Of a DNA stretch of 62,223 nt, positions 47,379-57,651 are shown in pieces (the stretch's first letter is position 1; the number at the start of each line of letters is the position of its first letter). Origin of the DNA: Candidatus Methanomethylicia archaeon. GTDB taxonomy: Archaea > Thermoproteota > Methanomethylicia > Nezhaarchaeales > B40-G2. The position numbers and the translations under genes were made by a program. The DNA is taken from contig JAPDJI010000015.1 in NCBI GenBank assembly GCA_029259155.1, positions 1 through 62,223 of the forward strand, written 5' to 3'. The notes beneath the pieces are model-generated. The model worked only from the letters and a program-made list of their open reading frames with translations, did no database searches and was not told where the DNA came from.

Positions 47379-48683
47379 ATGAGCGGTGGGCAGCCTTCAA
47401 TCCTTGTTATTGGAGGAGGCATAGCCGGTATTGAAGCTGCTCTAGGCGCCTCTGCGCTGGGGGCTAAAGTATATCTCGTTGAAGCTCAGCCAAGCCTAGG
47501 TGGAAGAGTAGCTCAGTTAAGCCTACTTTATCCTCAGCTTAGCTCCTCACTAGAGGTGTTGGCGCCTAGGATGGAGAAGGTGGTCAGCGACCCTAACATC
47601 GAGGCTTTGGTCTACGCCGAGGTGAAGGAAGCCTCAAGGACAGGGGACACCTTCAAGGTTAAGGTGGTTAAGAAAGCTAGGCATGTAGACTTATCCAAAT
47701 GCGATCTATGCGGCAAATGCGCTGAAGCCTGTCCAGTGGAGGTACCAAGCGAATTTGACTTTGGGCTAAGTAAACGTAAAGCCGTATACCTACCTTTCAA
47801 TGGAGCGGTGCCTAAAGCCTACGTGGTGGACGAAGCTTCCTGCCCATACTTCAAGGATAAGTCATGTACTGCTTGCCGCGATGCCTGTCCTAAAGGAGCC
47901 ATAAACCTAGACGGGAAGCCTAGTGAAGTGGAGGTTAACGTGGACGCTGTTATAATAGCGGCTGGCTACGACCTCTACGACTTAAGGCTCAAGAGGGAGT
48001 ACGGGTTCAACGTGTATAGCGACGTAATCACAGGGTTACAGCTTGAAAGAATGCTTAGCCCAGAAGGTCCTACGAAGGGGGAGGTAATAGTTCCCTCTAG
48101 AGGCGAAAAACCTCGAAGCCTCGCTATAGTGCTCTGCGCTGGATCAAGAGATGAAACAGCCCTCCCATACTGTTGCCGCGTAGGGTGCATGGCTGGCCTT
48201 AAACACGCCTACGAGGTCAAAAGGAAGTATGGAGCGGACGTAGACGTGTACCTATGCTTCAACGATGTGAGGGCGGCAGGGAAAGGCTACGAAGAGTTCT
48301 ACAGGGAGGCTAGGAGGAACGGGCTCGTAATGGTTAGAGGACAACCCTCAGAGGTAAGGCCGACACCTGAGGGAGGGTTGACCATGAAGGTGTTCGACGA
48401 AGCCACCAATAAGCTCCTACGCTTAAACCTAGACCTCATAGTCTTGGAGGCAGGGATAGTACCTAGCTCAGGGTGCTTAAAGGCGGCTGAGATCTTCGGT
48501 GTGGAGCGGAGCCCTGACGGCTTCCTCGCGGAGGCTGATCCAAGGCTAGATACTTGGAGCACAAAAACGCCGGGCGTGTTTATAGCAGGAGCTTGCCACA
48601 GCCCTAAGGATATAGCTGAAGCCGTCAGCCAAGCAAAAGCAGCAGCGCTAGCTGCTGTAGCGTATGCACGGGGAAAACACTAG
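47379..48683 (+). CDS. hdrA: Heterodisulfide reductase subunit A-like, short form
   Basis: IGGGIAG, two ferredoxin motifs, CAGSRD, YCCRVGCM, GVFIAGAC..PKDI. Confidence 0.9.
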   Translation: MSGGQPSILVIGGGIAGIEAALGASALGAKVYLVEAQPSLGGRVAQLSLLYPQLSSSLEVLAPRMEKVVSDPNIEALVYAEVKEASRTGDTFKVKVVKKARHVDLSKCDLCGKCAEACPVEVPSEFDFGLSKRKAVYLPFNGAVPKAYVVDEASCPYFKDKSCTACRDACPKGAINLDGKPSEVEVNVDAVIIAAGYDLYDLRLKREYGFNVYSDVITGLQLERMLSPEGPTKGEVIVPSRGEKPRSLAIVLCAGSRDETALPYCCRVGCMAGLKHAYEVKRKYGADVDVYLCFNDVRAAGKGYEEFYREARRNGLVMVRGQPSEVRPTPEGGLTMKVFDEATNKLLRLNLDLIVLEAGIVPSSGCLKAAEIFGVERSPDGFLAEADPRLDTWSTKTPGVFIAGACHSPKDIAEAVSQAKAAALAAVAYARGKH

Positions 48684-48690
48684 GTGAAAA

Positions 48691-49911
48691 CTAGAGGACC
48701 TCCATCTCCACTACTTCATCTCCAGCTAAGACCTTAATCTTACCCCTCAGCTTCATATCAAGCTCAGGGTCTCCTGTATCTACCCTTAAAGCATCCAGAT
48801 CCTTCAGCTTCTTTCTGGTAGCCACTACAACTATGTTCTCCTTACCCACCTTTCTTATCACTTCAGGGCTGATCTGCTGATTTCCTCTACCGAAGATAAA
48901 GCCTTGCCCCCCTATGGGGGAGACCACGATCTTAGCCCTCACACCTTCGATAGCTCTAAGTAAACGTTCCTCGTTGGCGTCCTTCTCAATCATCTCTCCG
49001 TCCATCACTACATCCACCCCCAGCAATGTCTTCTCCAGCCCTAACAGCTCTGCTATGGCTTGCACCGTCGTACCGGGGCCTAGGATGTAGGCTACTCCAG
49101 GCTCCATAGACTCCACCACCTTCCTAGCCGCTTCAAGCTGTTCGAGGCGCTCCTGGTCTATGGAGGAGGCCTTCTTAACGTGCTGGACCAGGGTAGGCTC
49201 ATAAGGCGTGGGCATGTAGCCTAACAGCTTCGCTGAAACCCTACCTTCCCTGAATGCTTGTTCATCTACATCCATTACCTCAGCCATCCTAGTAGGTAGG
49301 CCTGTAAAGGCGAAGTGAGCCACCAGCCTAGCAGCTGCCTCAGGGGTAACCGCAAAAACTGAGGAGTGCATCTTAACGCCGGCTGGGACGCCGGCTACAG
49401 GTATGCCTAGCTTATTGGCTTCCATCACGTCCTTAGCGGTGCCATCTCCACCTACGAACACTATCAAATCGACGGGGATACGCGTAAACTCCTCTACAGC
49501 TTTCTTTGTATCCTCGGAGGTTGTGGGCTTAGAAGCTATTTTCCCGACCACTATCGGGGTGAAGCCGGCGTCCAGCGCTTCATACTCCCCCATCTCCTCA
49601 GGGTAGGTGTAGAGCTTTATTGGCGGCGTGTAGACCTTCAATGCCCGTAGCGTTTCTACGGCTCTTTTAGGAGCTATAGGCTTGGCTCCTAGCTCTAAGG
49701 CCTTCCTTAAAGTCTCCTCGCCATCCGTGCCCTTTAACCCTACACGGCCACCCATGCCAGCTATAGGGTTGACGACGAAGCCCACCTTAACCCCTTCACT
49801 GATAAACCTAGTGTAATCCTCATAGCCTACGCCAAGCCCGTAGCTGCTAAGGAGCCTTAAAGCTTCCTCGAGGCTAGGGCGTTTTCCTTTTTCGCTTTCA
49901 CCCTCAGCCAT
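48691..49911 (-). CDS. ATP-NAD kinase family protein
   Basis: VNPIAGMGG, LKGTD, GGDGTA, PAGVKMHS, GRGNQQ, DTGD. Confidence 0.85.
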   Translation of the reverse strand: MAEGESEKGKRPSLEEALRLLSSYGLGVGYEDYTRFISEGVKVGFVVNPIAGMGGRVGLKGTDGEETLRKALELGAKPIAPKRAVETLRALKVYTPPIKLYTYPEEMGEYEALDAGFTPIVVGKIASKPTTSEDTKKAVEEFTRIPVDLIVFVGGDGTAKDVMEANKLGIPVAGVPAGVKMHSSVFAVTPEAAARLVAHFAFTGLPTRMAEVMDVDEQAFREGRVSAKLLGYMPTPYEPTLVQHVKKASSIDQERLEQLEAARKVVESMEPGVAYILGPGTTVQAIAELLGLEKTLLGVDVVMDGEMIEKDANEERLLRAIEGVRAKIVVSPIGGQGFIFGRGNQQISPEVIRKVGKENIVVVATRKKLKDLDALRVDTGDPELDMKLRGKIKVLAGDEVVEMEVL

Positions 49912-50846
49912 TAACAGCTCCCAGCTTCCATCGACATACGTTCCCTAAACTTCAGCTGCTTCCATTCTTCATCGAGCATTGCTTGCATGGCTTCAATGTC
50001 CTCGTCGGTGAAGTGGCTAAACCTACGTTGCTGAACGATGTAATCCTTTAAGGGCTTAGGCTTCTTAGGCTCAAAGGTAAACTTCAGCACACCGTGTTCA
50101 ACTTCGTATAGCGGCCAAGCTTTACAGTCAACAGCTAACCTAGCCAGCTCCACGGTCTTGGACTCCCTGAAGCCCCAGCCGACAGGGCATGGACAGAGCA
50201 CTTGGATATATTTTGGCCCCCTTATCTGGGACGCCTTCAACACCTTATTGATGTAGTCCAAAGGGTAGCCTACGGAGGCTGTGGCCACGTAGGGTGCCTT
50301 GTGGTCAGCGATTATCAACGGAAGGTTCTTTCTATTCTGAGGCTTACCTCTAAGCGCCGGTCCGACAGGCGTAGTCGTAGTGGAGGCTCCTCTAGGCGTA
50401 GTACCGCTTCGTTGCCCACCTGTGTTCATGTAGGCCTCGTTGTCTAGACATATGTAGATGACGTCGTGGCCCCTCTCCACCATGGAGGAGAGGGACTGAA
50501 AGCCGATGTCAGCGGTGCCTCCATCCCCAACGAACGCTACTACGTTAATCCCTTTAAGCTTCCCCTTCGCGCTTAACGCAGCTTCTACGCCTGACGCTAA
50601 CGCTCCGCCACCAGCGAAAGGCCCCACTAAGAGGGGTACGGCGCAGGCACCCATCATCAATGAGGCTGAGGCGCAGCCTGGAACCGTGACCGCGATGGTG
50701 TTCTTTCCGAGCACTTTAAGCGCCAGCCTCATGGCTAAGCTTTCACCACAGCCGGCGCACAGTATGTTGCCCGGCATGTAGTACTCTTCGTCAGGGAGGT
50801 CCTTTATGGTCAATCTCTTCAAGCCTTCCTCCTCCCGAACACCCAT
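49911..50846 (-). CDS. porB: 2-oxoacid:ferredoxin oxidoreductase beta subunit
   Basis: CAGCG, GDGGTADIG, DNEAYMNTGGQRS, PCPVGW. Confidence 0.92.
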   Translation of the reverse strand: MGVREEEGLKRLTIKDLPDEEYYMPGNILCAGCGESLAMRLALKVLGKNTIAVTVPGCASASLMMGACAVPLLVGPFAGGGALASGVEAALSAKGKLKGINVVAFVGDGGTADIGFQSLSSMVERGHDVIYICLDNEAYMNTGGQRSGTTPRGASTTTTPVGPALRGKPQNRKNLPLIIADHKAPYVATASVGYPLDYINKVLKASQIRGPKYIQVLCPCPVGWGFRESKTVELARLAVDCKAWPLYEVEHGVLKFTFEPKKPKPLKDYIVQQRRFSHFTDEDIEAMQAMLDEEWKQLKFRERMSMEAGSC

Positions 50847-52003
50847 TCCACCTCTCGTTCAGCTTTTCCTGTTTCCTTAGCCTTCAAGGTCTTAGACACC
50901 ATCTCTTCAAGCTCGCTTGGAGTCACGTCTCTACCCCCCATGCCTGTCAGGAAATCGAGGACTAGAGGTCTAAGGCCCGACGAGTATAGGGCTGAGCGAA
51001 GCTCATTGAACACGGCGCCCCCATAGCCACCAGGGGAGCAGTTACGCTCAATGATGCAGACCGCCTCTATGTTCTCGAGGGCCTTCAATAACCTCTCGCG
51101 CGGAAACGGCCTAAAGAACCTGAGGTTGATGAGCCCTATCTTGGCACCGCGCTCCCTGAAACGGTCAACTATGAGCCTAGAGGTTAAGGCGAGGTTGCCC
51201 ATGGTTATCAAAGCCACCTCAGCGTCTTCACACCTATACAGGTTTAGGAGCCCACCATAGCTTCTACCGAAACGCTTAGCGAAATCGGCGTCCACCTCCT
51301 CTATGACCTTCTTGGCGGCCTCCATAGCCTCGTCGTGTAGCTTCTTAAACCCAAGCCACCAGTCAGCCTCGACGAAGGTGGTTATTATCATGGGGTCGTC
51401 CACGTCCAGCTTATAGGGAGCCTCATAGGGCGGTAGGAAGGCGTCCACCTCTTCCTGGCTAGGTATCTGAACGCTGTCGTAGCAGTGCGAAACCACGAAG
51501 CCCTCGAAGCACACCATTATGGGGAGCATCACCCTTCTATCCTCGACTATCTTGTAGGCCTGTATTATCATGTCCAGGATCTCCTGACCCTTGCTACAGT
51601 ATACTTGAACCCAGCCCGTGTCGCGCTGAGCGATGGCGTCGTCGTGCCCCGCCAGGATGGTCCAAGGAGCCCCCATGCTACGGTTGACCACAGCCATAAC
51701 CACCGGCAGCCTATTGCCCGAGGCGAAGTATAGGCCTTCCTGCATGTAGGATAACCCTTGGGACGACGTGGCGGTGAAGGTCCTAGCTCCCGTCGCCGCC
51801 GCAGCCACGGTCGCCATCATGGCGCTGTGCTCACCTTCAATGGGGATGTACTTCGACTCGAGCTCCCCGTTAGCTACGAACTCAGCTAGGTGCTCAACGA
51901 TAGGGGTTTGAGGAGTAATAGGGTAGGCGCATATCACGTCAGGTTTACAGAGCTTAACGCCGTAGGCGGCAGCGGTGTTCCCATCTATGAATACCGTGGA
52001 CAC
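50819..52003 (-). CDS. porA: 2-oxoacid:ferredoxin oxidoreductase alpha subunit
   Basis: YPITPQT, EGEHSA, TATSSQG, NRS, GMGGRD. Confidence 0.93.
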   Translation of the reverse strand: MSTVFIDGNTAAAYGVKLCKPDVICAYPITPQTPIVEHLAEFVANGELESKYIPIEGEHSAMMATVAAAATGARTFTATSSQGLSYMQEGLYFASGNRLPVVMAVVNRSMGAPWTILAGHDDAIAQRDTGWVQVYCSKGQEILDMIIQAYKIVEDRRVMLPIMVCFEGFVVSHCYDSVQIPSQEEVDAFLPPYEAPYKLDVDDPMIITTFVEADWWLGFKKLHDEAMEAAKKVIEEVDADFAKRFGRSYGGLLNLYRCEDAEVALITMGNLALTSRLIVDRFRERGAKIGLINLRFFRPFPRERLLKALENIEAVCIIERNCSPGGYGGAVFNELRSALYSSGLRPLVLDFLTGMGGRDVTPSELEEMVSKTLKAKETGKAEREVEWVFGRRKA

Positions 52004-52008
52004 TCAGC

Positions 52009-52305
52009 TCACCTCAAGACCATGGTTATCGCCTTGGTAGGACACTCATTAGCGCATATCCCACATCCCTTACACCTAGCGTAATCCACCGTGGGTCCCT
52101 CCTCGGTCATTCTTATCACACCGTCAGGACAGTAAAGCCAGCAAAACCTGCATTTATTGCACTTCGACAAGTCGATCTCAGGCCTACCATAGAGGTGCCA
52201 TGGCGTCTCGAAAAACTTGGAGACCCCTGACTTTAACAGCGGTGTTGGGGGGAGATCCTCGAACACTTCATACCTAACCTTTAACTTATCGCTCAGCTTG
52301 TCCAT
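52009..52305 (-). CDS. porD: 2-oxoacid:ferredoxin oxidoreductase delta subunit
   Basis: CNKCRFCWLYCPD and CKGCGICANECP. Confidence 0.92.
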   Translation of the reverse strand: MDKLSDKLKVRYEVFEDLPPTPLLKSGVSKFFETPWHLYGRPEIDLSKCNKCRFCWLYCPDGVIRMTEEGPTVDYARCKGCGICANECPTKAITMVLR

Positions 52306-52847
52306 ACCTCCACCTCCTTATAGGCTCTTAGAGCAGCTTCTACGTTACGTGGAGCTATCTTGGAGGGTAGAACCTCCATTATCGCGGCTTCGAGGGCCTC
52401 AACACCTATGAGCTTCGAGAAGGCGGCAAAGGCGCCGCACATGGCTGTGTTAACTATGGGGGCGCCTAGTAGCTCCATAGCTATGTTGAGGGCGTCGACC
52501 AACGCCAGCCTCTTAGCGCCTAGAGGAGCAGCCTCCTCCTTAGACTTAGCGTTAACCAGGAAGCAGGTATCCTCCTTTACCCCTACCTTCACGGAGGGGT
52601 GAGTTATGAGCTTTGGATCGAAGATGAGCACGTAGTCAGGTGAATAGATGAAGGAGCGGTCAGTTACTTCACCCTCGCCTATGCGCACGAAGGCCATGAC
52701 AGGTGCTCCGCGCCTCTCCACGGTGAAAGAGGGGAAAGCGATAGCTCTCCTACCTTCCTTAACGGCGGCCAGCCCGATTATACGGGCTGCCGTCACTCCT
52801 CCCTGTCCACCGCGACAGTGAATCCTAACCTCAACTATAGGCTTCAG
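52293..52847 (-). CDS. porG: 2-oxoacid:ferredoxin oxidoreductase gamma subunit (non-canonical start)
   Basis: Frame extends upstream of the called GTG as LKPIVEVRIHCRGGQGGVTAA; ERRGAPV, NTAMCGA. Confidence 0.88.
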   Translation of the reverse strand: MKPIVEVRIHCRGGQGGVTAARIIGLAAVKEGRRAIAFPSFTVERRGAPVMAFVRIGEGEVTDRSFIYSPDYVLIFDPKLITHPSVKVGVKEDTCFLVNAKSKEEAAPLGAKRLALVDALNIAMELLGAPIVNTAMCGAFAAFSKLIGVEALEAAIMEVLPSKIAPRNVEAALRAYKEVEVWTS

Positions 52848-54019
52848 CCTCCCTTCAACTCTTCAATCGCCTTCTCGATCCTGCTGCAGGCTTCTTCTAG
52901 CTGGTCGATAGGCCTAGAGTAGCTAATCCTTAGGTAACCCTCTCCGCCTGGGCCGAAGGCTACGCCGGGCACAGTCACCACTTTAGCTCGTTCGAGGAGC
53001 GCCATAGCGACTTCCTCTGAGCGCATCCCAAGCTTCTTGATGTTGAGGAACACGTAGAAGGCTCCCTTAGGCCTAAGGCAGGATAGGCCCTCGATGGAGT
53101 TTAACCTATCCACTATGAACCTTCTACGCTTATCGTACTCCTCCGCCATCTCCTTGACGAAGTCTTGAGGCCCCTTAAGAGCCGCGAGAGCGGCTCGCTG
53201 AGACACGGCTGGGGCGTGAACCATGGTGAACTGCTGTAGCTTAACCATCTGGTCGATAAGCTCCTTTGGAGCAGCAGCGTAGCCTATACGCCAACCCGTC
53301 ATGGCATAGGTCTTAGAGAAGCTGTTTACGGTTACGGTGCGCTCCTTCATCCGAGGGAGCGAGGCTATGCTTAAGTGGCGGTGGCCATCGTAAACCAGCT
53401 TCTCGTATACCTCGTCCGAGATCACGTATAGGTCGTGTTTAACGGCGAGGTCGGCTATTCCTTTTAGGTCTTCTTCCTCTAACACTCCGCCGGTAGGATT
53501 GCTAGGGGTGTTGACTATTATACACTTGGTCTTAGACGTTATCCTCTTTTCCACCTCGCTCGGAAGCATCCTGAAGCCGTCCTCCTCCTTGAGGGGGACG
53601 TAAACAGGCTTGCCGCCAGCCATCAACACGACGGCTTCGTAAACCACGAAGCCAGGATCAGGTAGCAGTACCTCGTCCCCTGGGTTGATTAGGCAGAGGG
53701 CAGAGAGCATTAAAGCCCCTGTCCCTCCACCGCCCGTAACTATGACCTCATCTGGAGCCGCGTCGATACCATTATCTAAACGGAGCTTCTCCGCGAGAGC
53801 TTCACGTAGGTCTGGGAAGCCTGCGTTAGGGGTATAGTGCGTGTATCCTTCATCCAGCGCTTTCTTGGCTGCCTCCTTCACGTGGACAGGCGTATCCTGG
53901 TCCGGTTCACCTATACCTAGGCTTATCACACCTGGTGTGCGCTGGGCTAGGTCGAAGAGCCTTCTTATGCCGCTGGACTTTATCGCTAAGGTTCTTTCAC
54001 TAAACCTAATGGAGCTCAC
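52844..54019 (-). CDS. Class I/II PLP aminotransferase (aspartate/aromatic)
   Basis: LGIGEPD, NTPSNPTG, SDEVY, NSFSKTYAMTGWRIG; start reassigned to GTG 54019. Confidence 0.92.
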   Translation of the reverse strand: MSSIRFSERTLAIKSSGIRRLFDLAQRTPGVISLGIGEPDQDTPVHVKEAAKKALDEGYTHYTPNAGFPDLREALAEKLRLDNGIDAAPDEVIVTGGGGTGALMLSALCLINPGDEVLLPDPGFVVYEAVVLMAGGKPVYVPLKEEDGFRMLPSEVEKRITSKTKCIIVNTPSNPTGGVLEEEDLKGIADLAVKHDLYVISDEVYEKLVYDGHRHLSIASLPRMKERTVTVNSFSKTYAMTGWRIGYAAAPKELIDQMVKLQQFTMVHAPAVSQRAALAALKGPQDFVKEMAEEYDKRRRFIVDRLNSIEGLSCLRPKGAFYVFLNIKKLGMRSEEVAMALLERAKVVTVPGVAFGPGGEGYLRISYSRPIDQLEEACSRIEKAIEELKGG

Positions 54020-54020
54020 C

Positions 54021-55163
54021 TTACATGAACGCCTCCTTAGCAGCTCTAACAGCGTCTTCAACTGAAGCTTTTAGGCCTAACTTATTGAGCGTTAAGGCTA
54101 TCGACTCCACCGTGACGAGCACGTCGTCCTTAGTCACGGTGCCCATGCTGCCTATCCTGAAAATCTTGCCCCTAAGCTTACCCATCCCACCTGCGATGTG
54201 TATGCCGTACTCGTCCCTCAGGATCCCCCTGAACTTAGCGTCGTCCACGCCCTCGGGGTAGTTTATGGCTATCACCGTGTTCGACCTAGCTTCAGGGTCC
54301 GCTAGTAAGCTTAAGCCAAGGGCTTCGAAGGCCTTGTAGAGGGCTGAAGCACACGCTCTATGGCGCTCGATGCGCTTCTCTAAGCCCTCCTCCCTTAACA
54401 TCCTGAGGGCTTCGTCCAACGCATAGTAAAGCGACACAGCCGGGGTGAAGGGGGTTTCCTTACGTTCCTCGTAGAAGCGCTTACAGGCTAAGAGGTCGAA
54501 GTAGAAGCTTTGCCTAGTCTTCCTTTTCTCCATCACCTTCCAGGCTCGCTCACTCACCGAGATCAAGGCCAGCCCGGGAGGACATGCTAAGCATTTCTGG
54601 CTACCCGACACGCATATGTCTATGTGCCAGTCGTCCACCTTAAGCTCGTCGCCGCCCAGGATGGAGATAGCGTCGACTATTAACAGTACTCCGCGCCTAT
54701 AGGTGAGGTCACCTATCTTCCTCAGGTCCCTGGTCGTTACGCCCGTGGAGGTCTCGTTATAGACGAGGGCTACAGCCTTGGCGTCCTCGTTTTTATTTAA
54801 GGCCTCCTCCACCTGCTCGACCTTAACCGCCTTCCCCCAAGCTATAGGTATCTCTACGACCGACCCTCCGACCGACTTAACCTCCTCAGCCATGCGCTCG
54901 GAGAACACGCCTCCTATAGGCATGATCACCTTGTCTCCTGGGTCTATGACGTTGAAGATGGCGCATTCTACGCCTCCTGTCCCTGAGCATGTTAAGGCGT
55001 ACACGTCGTTCTTGGTCTGGAAGACGTACTTGAGGTTCTCCACTATGTTTTCGTGGAGCTTATGGAACTCTGGTCCACGGTGGTTTATCATGGGCTTCCT
55101 CATGGCTTCGAGGACGCGGTCGGGGACGTTGGTCGGGCCAGGTAACATGAGAAGTTTTCTCAC
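54021..55163 (-). CDS. Class V aminotransferase (probable archaeal phosphoserine aminotransferase)
   Basis: LMLPGPT, NETSTG, VDAIS, GSQKCL, FRIGSMG; adjacent to serA. Confidence 0.88.
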   Translation of the reverse strand: MRKLLMLPGPTNVPDRVLEAMRKPMINHRGPEFHKLHENIVENLKYVFQTKNDVYALTCSGTGGVECAIFNVIDPGDKVIMPIGGVFSERMAEEVKSVGGSVVEIPIAWGKAVKVEQVEEALNKNEDAKAVALVYNETSTGVTTRDLRKIGDLTYRRGVLLIVDAISILGGDELKVDDWHIDICVSGSQKCLACPPGLALISVSERAWKVMEKRKTRQSFYFDLLACKRFYEERKETPFTPAVSLYYALDEALRMLREEGLEKRIERHRACASALYKAFEALGLSLLADPEARSNTVIAINYPEGVDDAKFRGILRDEYGIHIAGGMGKLRGKIFRIGSMGTVTKDDVLVTVESIALTLNKLGLKASVEDAVRAAKEAFM

Positions 55164-55178
55164 GTCAAGCCACCTCTC

Positions 55179-56126
55179 TCACCACGTTTTAACCTTGTTT
55201 AAGGGTTCTTCGCCTCTAGCGATCCTGAGCAGGTCGTCGGCCATGGTGAGAGCGATCCTGAGCTGAGCGTCAGACGTTGAGCCGCCGACGTGCGGGGTAC
55301 ACACCACGTTATCGAGCTTAAGGAGAGGGTGGTCTGGAGGTGGAGGTTCCTTCACATATACGTCTAGCGCTGCTCCTGCTAGCTTACCTCCCTTTATAGC
55401 TTCGTATAGAGCCTCTTCATCCACGATGCCTCCCCTAGACGTGTTTATAATGAAAGCCCTGTCTTTCATGGAGGCTATCTCGTTCCTACCTATCATGCCT
55501 TTAGTCTCAGGGGTTAAGGGGACATGGACGCTAAGGAAGTCGGAGGAGGAGAGAAGCTCCTGGAAGCTGACAAGCTCTACGCCCAGCTCTCTAGCCTTCT
55601 CCTCGGACACGTAGGGGTCGTAGGCCATCACCCTCATCCCAAAGGCTCTAGCGAGCCTAGCCACGGTGGAGCCTATAGCTCCCAGGCCGAGGAGGCCCAT
55701 GGTCTTGCCCTTGAGCTCCATGCCCATCTCTCCTTTAAGCCAGAGCCCCTCCTTCATCGACCTGTCTAGGGAAGGTATCTTGCGGGCGAGGCAGAGAGCG
55801 AAAGCTATGGTAAGCTCCGCCACGGACTCTGCAGGCTCCCTAGGAGTGTTCACGACGGTTAAGCCACGTTCCTTAGCCGCCTCCATGTCTATGTTATCTA
55901 CCCCTACACCCGCCCTGATCACAGCCTTCAGCTTCTTCGCGGCCTCGATCACCCTCCTAGTAACCTTAGTCCGGCTCCTCACCACGAGGACATCCACATC
56001 CTCCACTTTCTTGAGAAGCTCTTCCTCAGGGAGCTTCAAGGCCACCTCAACGTTGACGTGGGGTTTAACCTTCTCCAAGAAGGCTTCGTCCACAGGGTCG
56101 GTTACCAACACCTTAAGCTTATCCAT
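55179..56126 (-). CDS. serA: D-3-phosphoglycerate dehydrogenase-like (no ACT domain)
   Basis: VRSRTKV, RAGVGVDNID, GLGAIG, INTSRG, TPHVGGST; start reassigned to ATG 56126. Confidence 0.85.
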   Translation of the reverse strand: MDKLKVLVTDPVDEAFLEKVKPHVNVEVALKLPEEELLKKVEDVDVLVVRSRTKVTRRVIEAAKKLKAVIRAGVGVDNIDMEAAKERGLTVVNTPREPAESVAELTIAFALCLARKIPSLDRSMKEGLWLKGEMGMELKGKTMGLLGLGAIGSTVARLARAFGMRVMAYDPYVSEEKARELGVELVSFQELLSSSDFLSVHVPLTPETKGMIGRNEIASMKDRAFIINTSRGGIVDEEALYEAIKGGKLAGAALDVYVKEPPPPDHPLLKLDNVVCTPHVGGSTSDAQLRIALTMADDLLRIARGEEPLNKVKTW

Positions 56127-56194
56127 AACCTGCCACCGAGGATTTGAGGATAGAATTTTAGGATAAATAAAAGGTGAGGTTCCATAGGGTAGCT

Positions 56195-57604
56195 CTAGTA
56201 CGGCAAGGTGTCTAGCCATGGGTAAAGCTCTTTGAGTCGCTTAATCGACTGCTCTACTGCTTCCTTCGGATACTCGTAGGCTGGCAGCTTCTTCTCGAGG
56301 AAGTCTTCGTAAGCCTTCATGTCGAAGTGGCCGTGGCCGCAGCCTAGGAAGAAGATGGTCTTGCTCTCGCCTGTCTCCTTACACTTTAAGGCTTCATCTA
56401 TAACCGCCTTCACGGCGTGCGCTGGCTCTGGCGCCAACACCACTCCTTCAGCCCGAGTGAAGAGCTTAGCTGCCTCAAACACCTCCGTCTGGGTGTAGGC
56501 TCTAGCCTTAACTATGCCTTCGTTGACGAGTAGGCAGAGCGTCGGGGCATCTCCGTGGTAGCGTAGGCCTCCAGCATGTATAGGGGCAGGCACGAAGTCA
56601 TGTCCGAGCGTATGCATCTTAAGTAAAGGCGTTAGCCTCGCAGTGTCGCCGTGGTCATAGGTGTATATGCCCTTCGTCATCGTCGGGCAAGCGGTGGGCT
56701 CCGTCGCTATGAACTCCACAGGCTTAGGAGCCTTCTTGGCAGCATACCGCTCGTAGTAGAAGGGCCAGAAGGTACCGGAGAAGCTGCTTCCACCTCCTAC
56801 GCAGCCGATAACTACGTCGGGGTAGTCATCTATCAACGCGAACTGCTTTAGCGACTCTAAGCCAACCACGGTTTGGTGGATGAGGACATGGTTCACCACG
56901 CTTCCCAGCGTATACCTCGCGGTGTCCTGGTGTTTCAACGTATCCTCTATAGCTTCGCTTATAGCTATACCTAAGCTTCCAGGATGCTCAGGGTTCTCAG
57001 CCAGCAGCTTCTTACCGGAGTCCGTCTTGTCGCTTGGGCTTGGGAAAACCTCGGCTCCATATAGCTGCATCAGTACCCTCCTGTAGGGCTTCTGTAGGTA
57101 GCTAGCCCTGACCATGTATATGGTGGCTTTAAGCCCAAACCACATGCAGCCGAAAGCAAGCGCTGAGCCCCATTGGCCTGCTCCGGTCTCCGTGGTTGCT
57201 CGCTCCAATCCCTGCTTCATCAGGTAGTAGGCTTGAGCAACCGCGGTGTTGGGTTTATGGCTTCCAGGCGGGCTAACACCCTCCCATTTATAGTATATTT
57301 TAGCAGGGGTGCCTAGAAGCTTCTCAAGCCTCTTAGCCCTTATGAGCGGCGTGGGCCTCCATAACCTATAGACCTCACGGACCTCCTCAGGTATATCGAT
57401 CCATCTATCCTGGCTGACTTCCTGCCTAACAAGTTCCTTACCGAAAATTGCCTCTAACATCTCTGGCCTAACTGGCTGTTTACTGGAGGGGTCGATGGGT
57501 GGTGGCAGCGGCTTAGGTAGGTCGGGTAGGATGTTATACCATTGCTTCGGTATCTCGTCCTCTGGTAGGAAAATTTTATCATCTACCAAATCCCTATACC
57601 CCAT
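56195..57604 (-). CDS. trpB2: TrpB2-type tryptophan synthase beta
   Basis: [46 protein letters not shown]. Confidence 0.95.
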   Translation of the reverse strand: MGYRDLVDDKIFLPEDEIPKQWYNILPDLPKPLPPPIDPSSKQPVRPEMLEAIFGKELVRQEVSQDRWIDIPEEVREVYRLWRPTPLIRAKRLEKLLGTPAKIYYKWEGVSPPGSHKPNTAVAQAYYLMKQGLERATTETGAGQWGSALAFGCMWFGLKATIYMVRASYLQKPYRRVLMQLYGAEVFPSPSDKTDSGKKLLAENPEHPGSLGIAISEAIEDTLKHQDTARYTLGSVVNHVLIHQTVVGLESLKQFALIDDYPDVVIGCVGGGSSFSGTFWPFYYERYAAKKAPKPVEFIATEPTACPTMTKGIYTYDHGDTARLTPLLKMHTLGHDFVPAPIHAGGLRYHGDAPTLCLLVNEGIVKARAYTQTEVFEAAKLFTRAEGVVLAPEPAHAVKAVIDEALKCKETGESKTIFFLGCGHGHFDMKAYEDFLEKKLPAYEYPKEAVEQSIKRLKELYPWLDTLPY

Positions 57605-57651
57605 TATATGGCTATATAAAATTTATAAGGGTTAGCTATTAAGGGTTTTGT
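57605..57651. promoter_or_regulatory. Divergent trpB2/TrmB promoter region
   Basis: 47-bp spacer with palindrome TATAAA-A-TTTATA (57615-57627) and direct repeat TAAGGGTT (57626, 57640). Confidence 0.6.
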
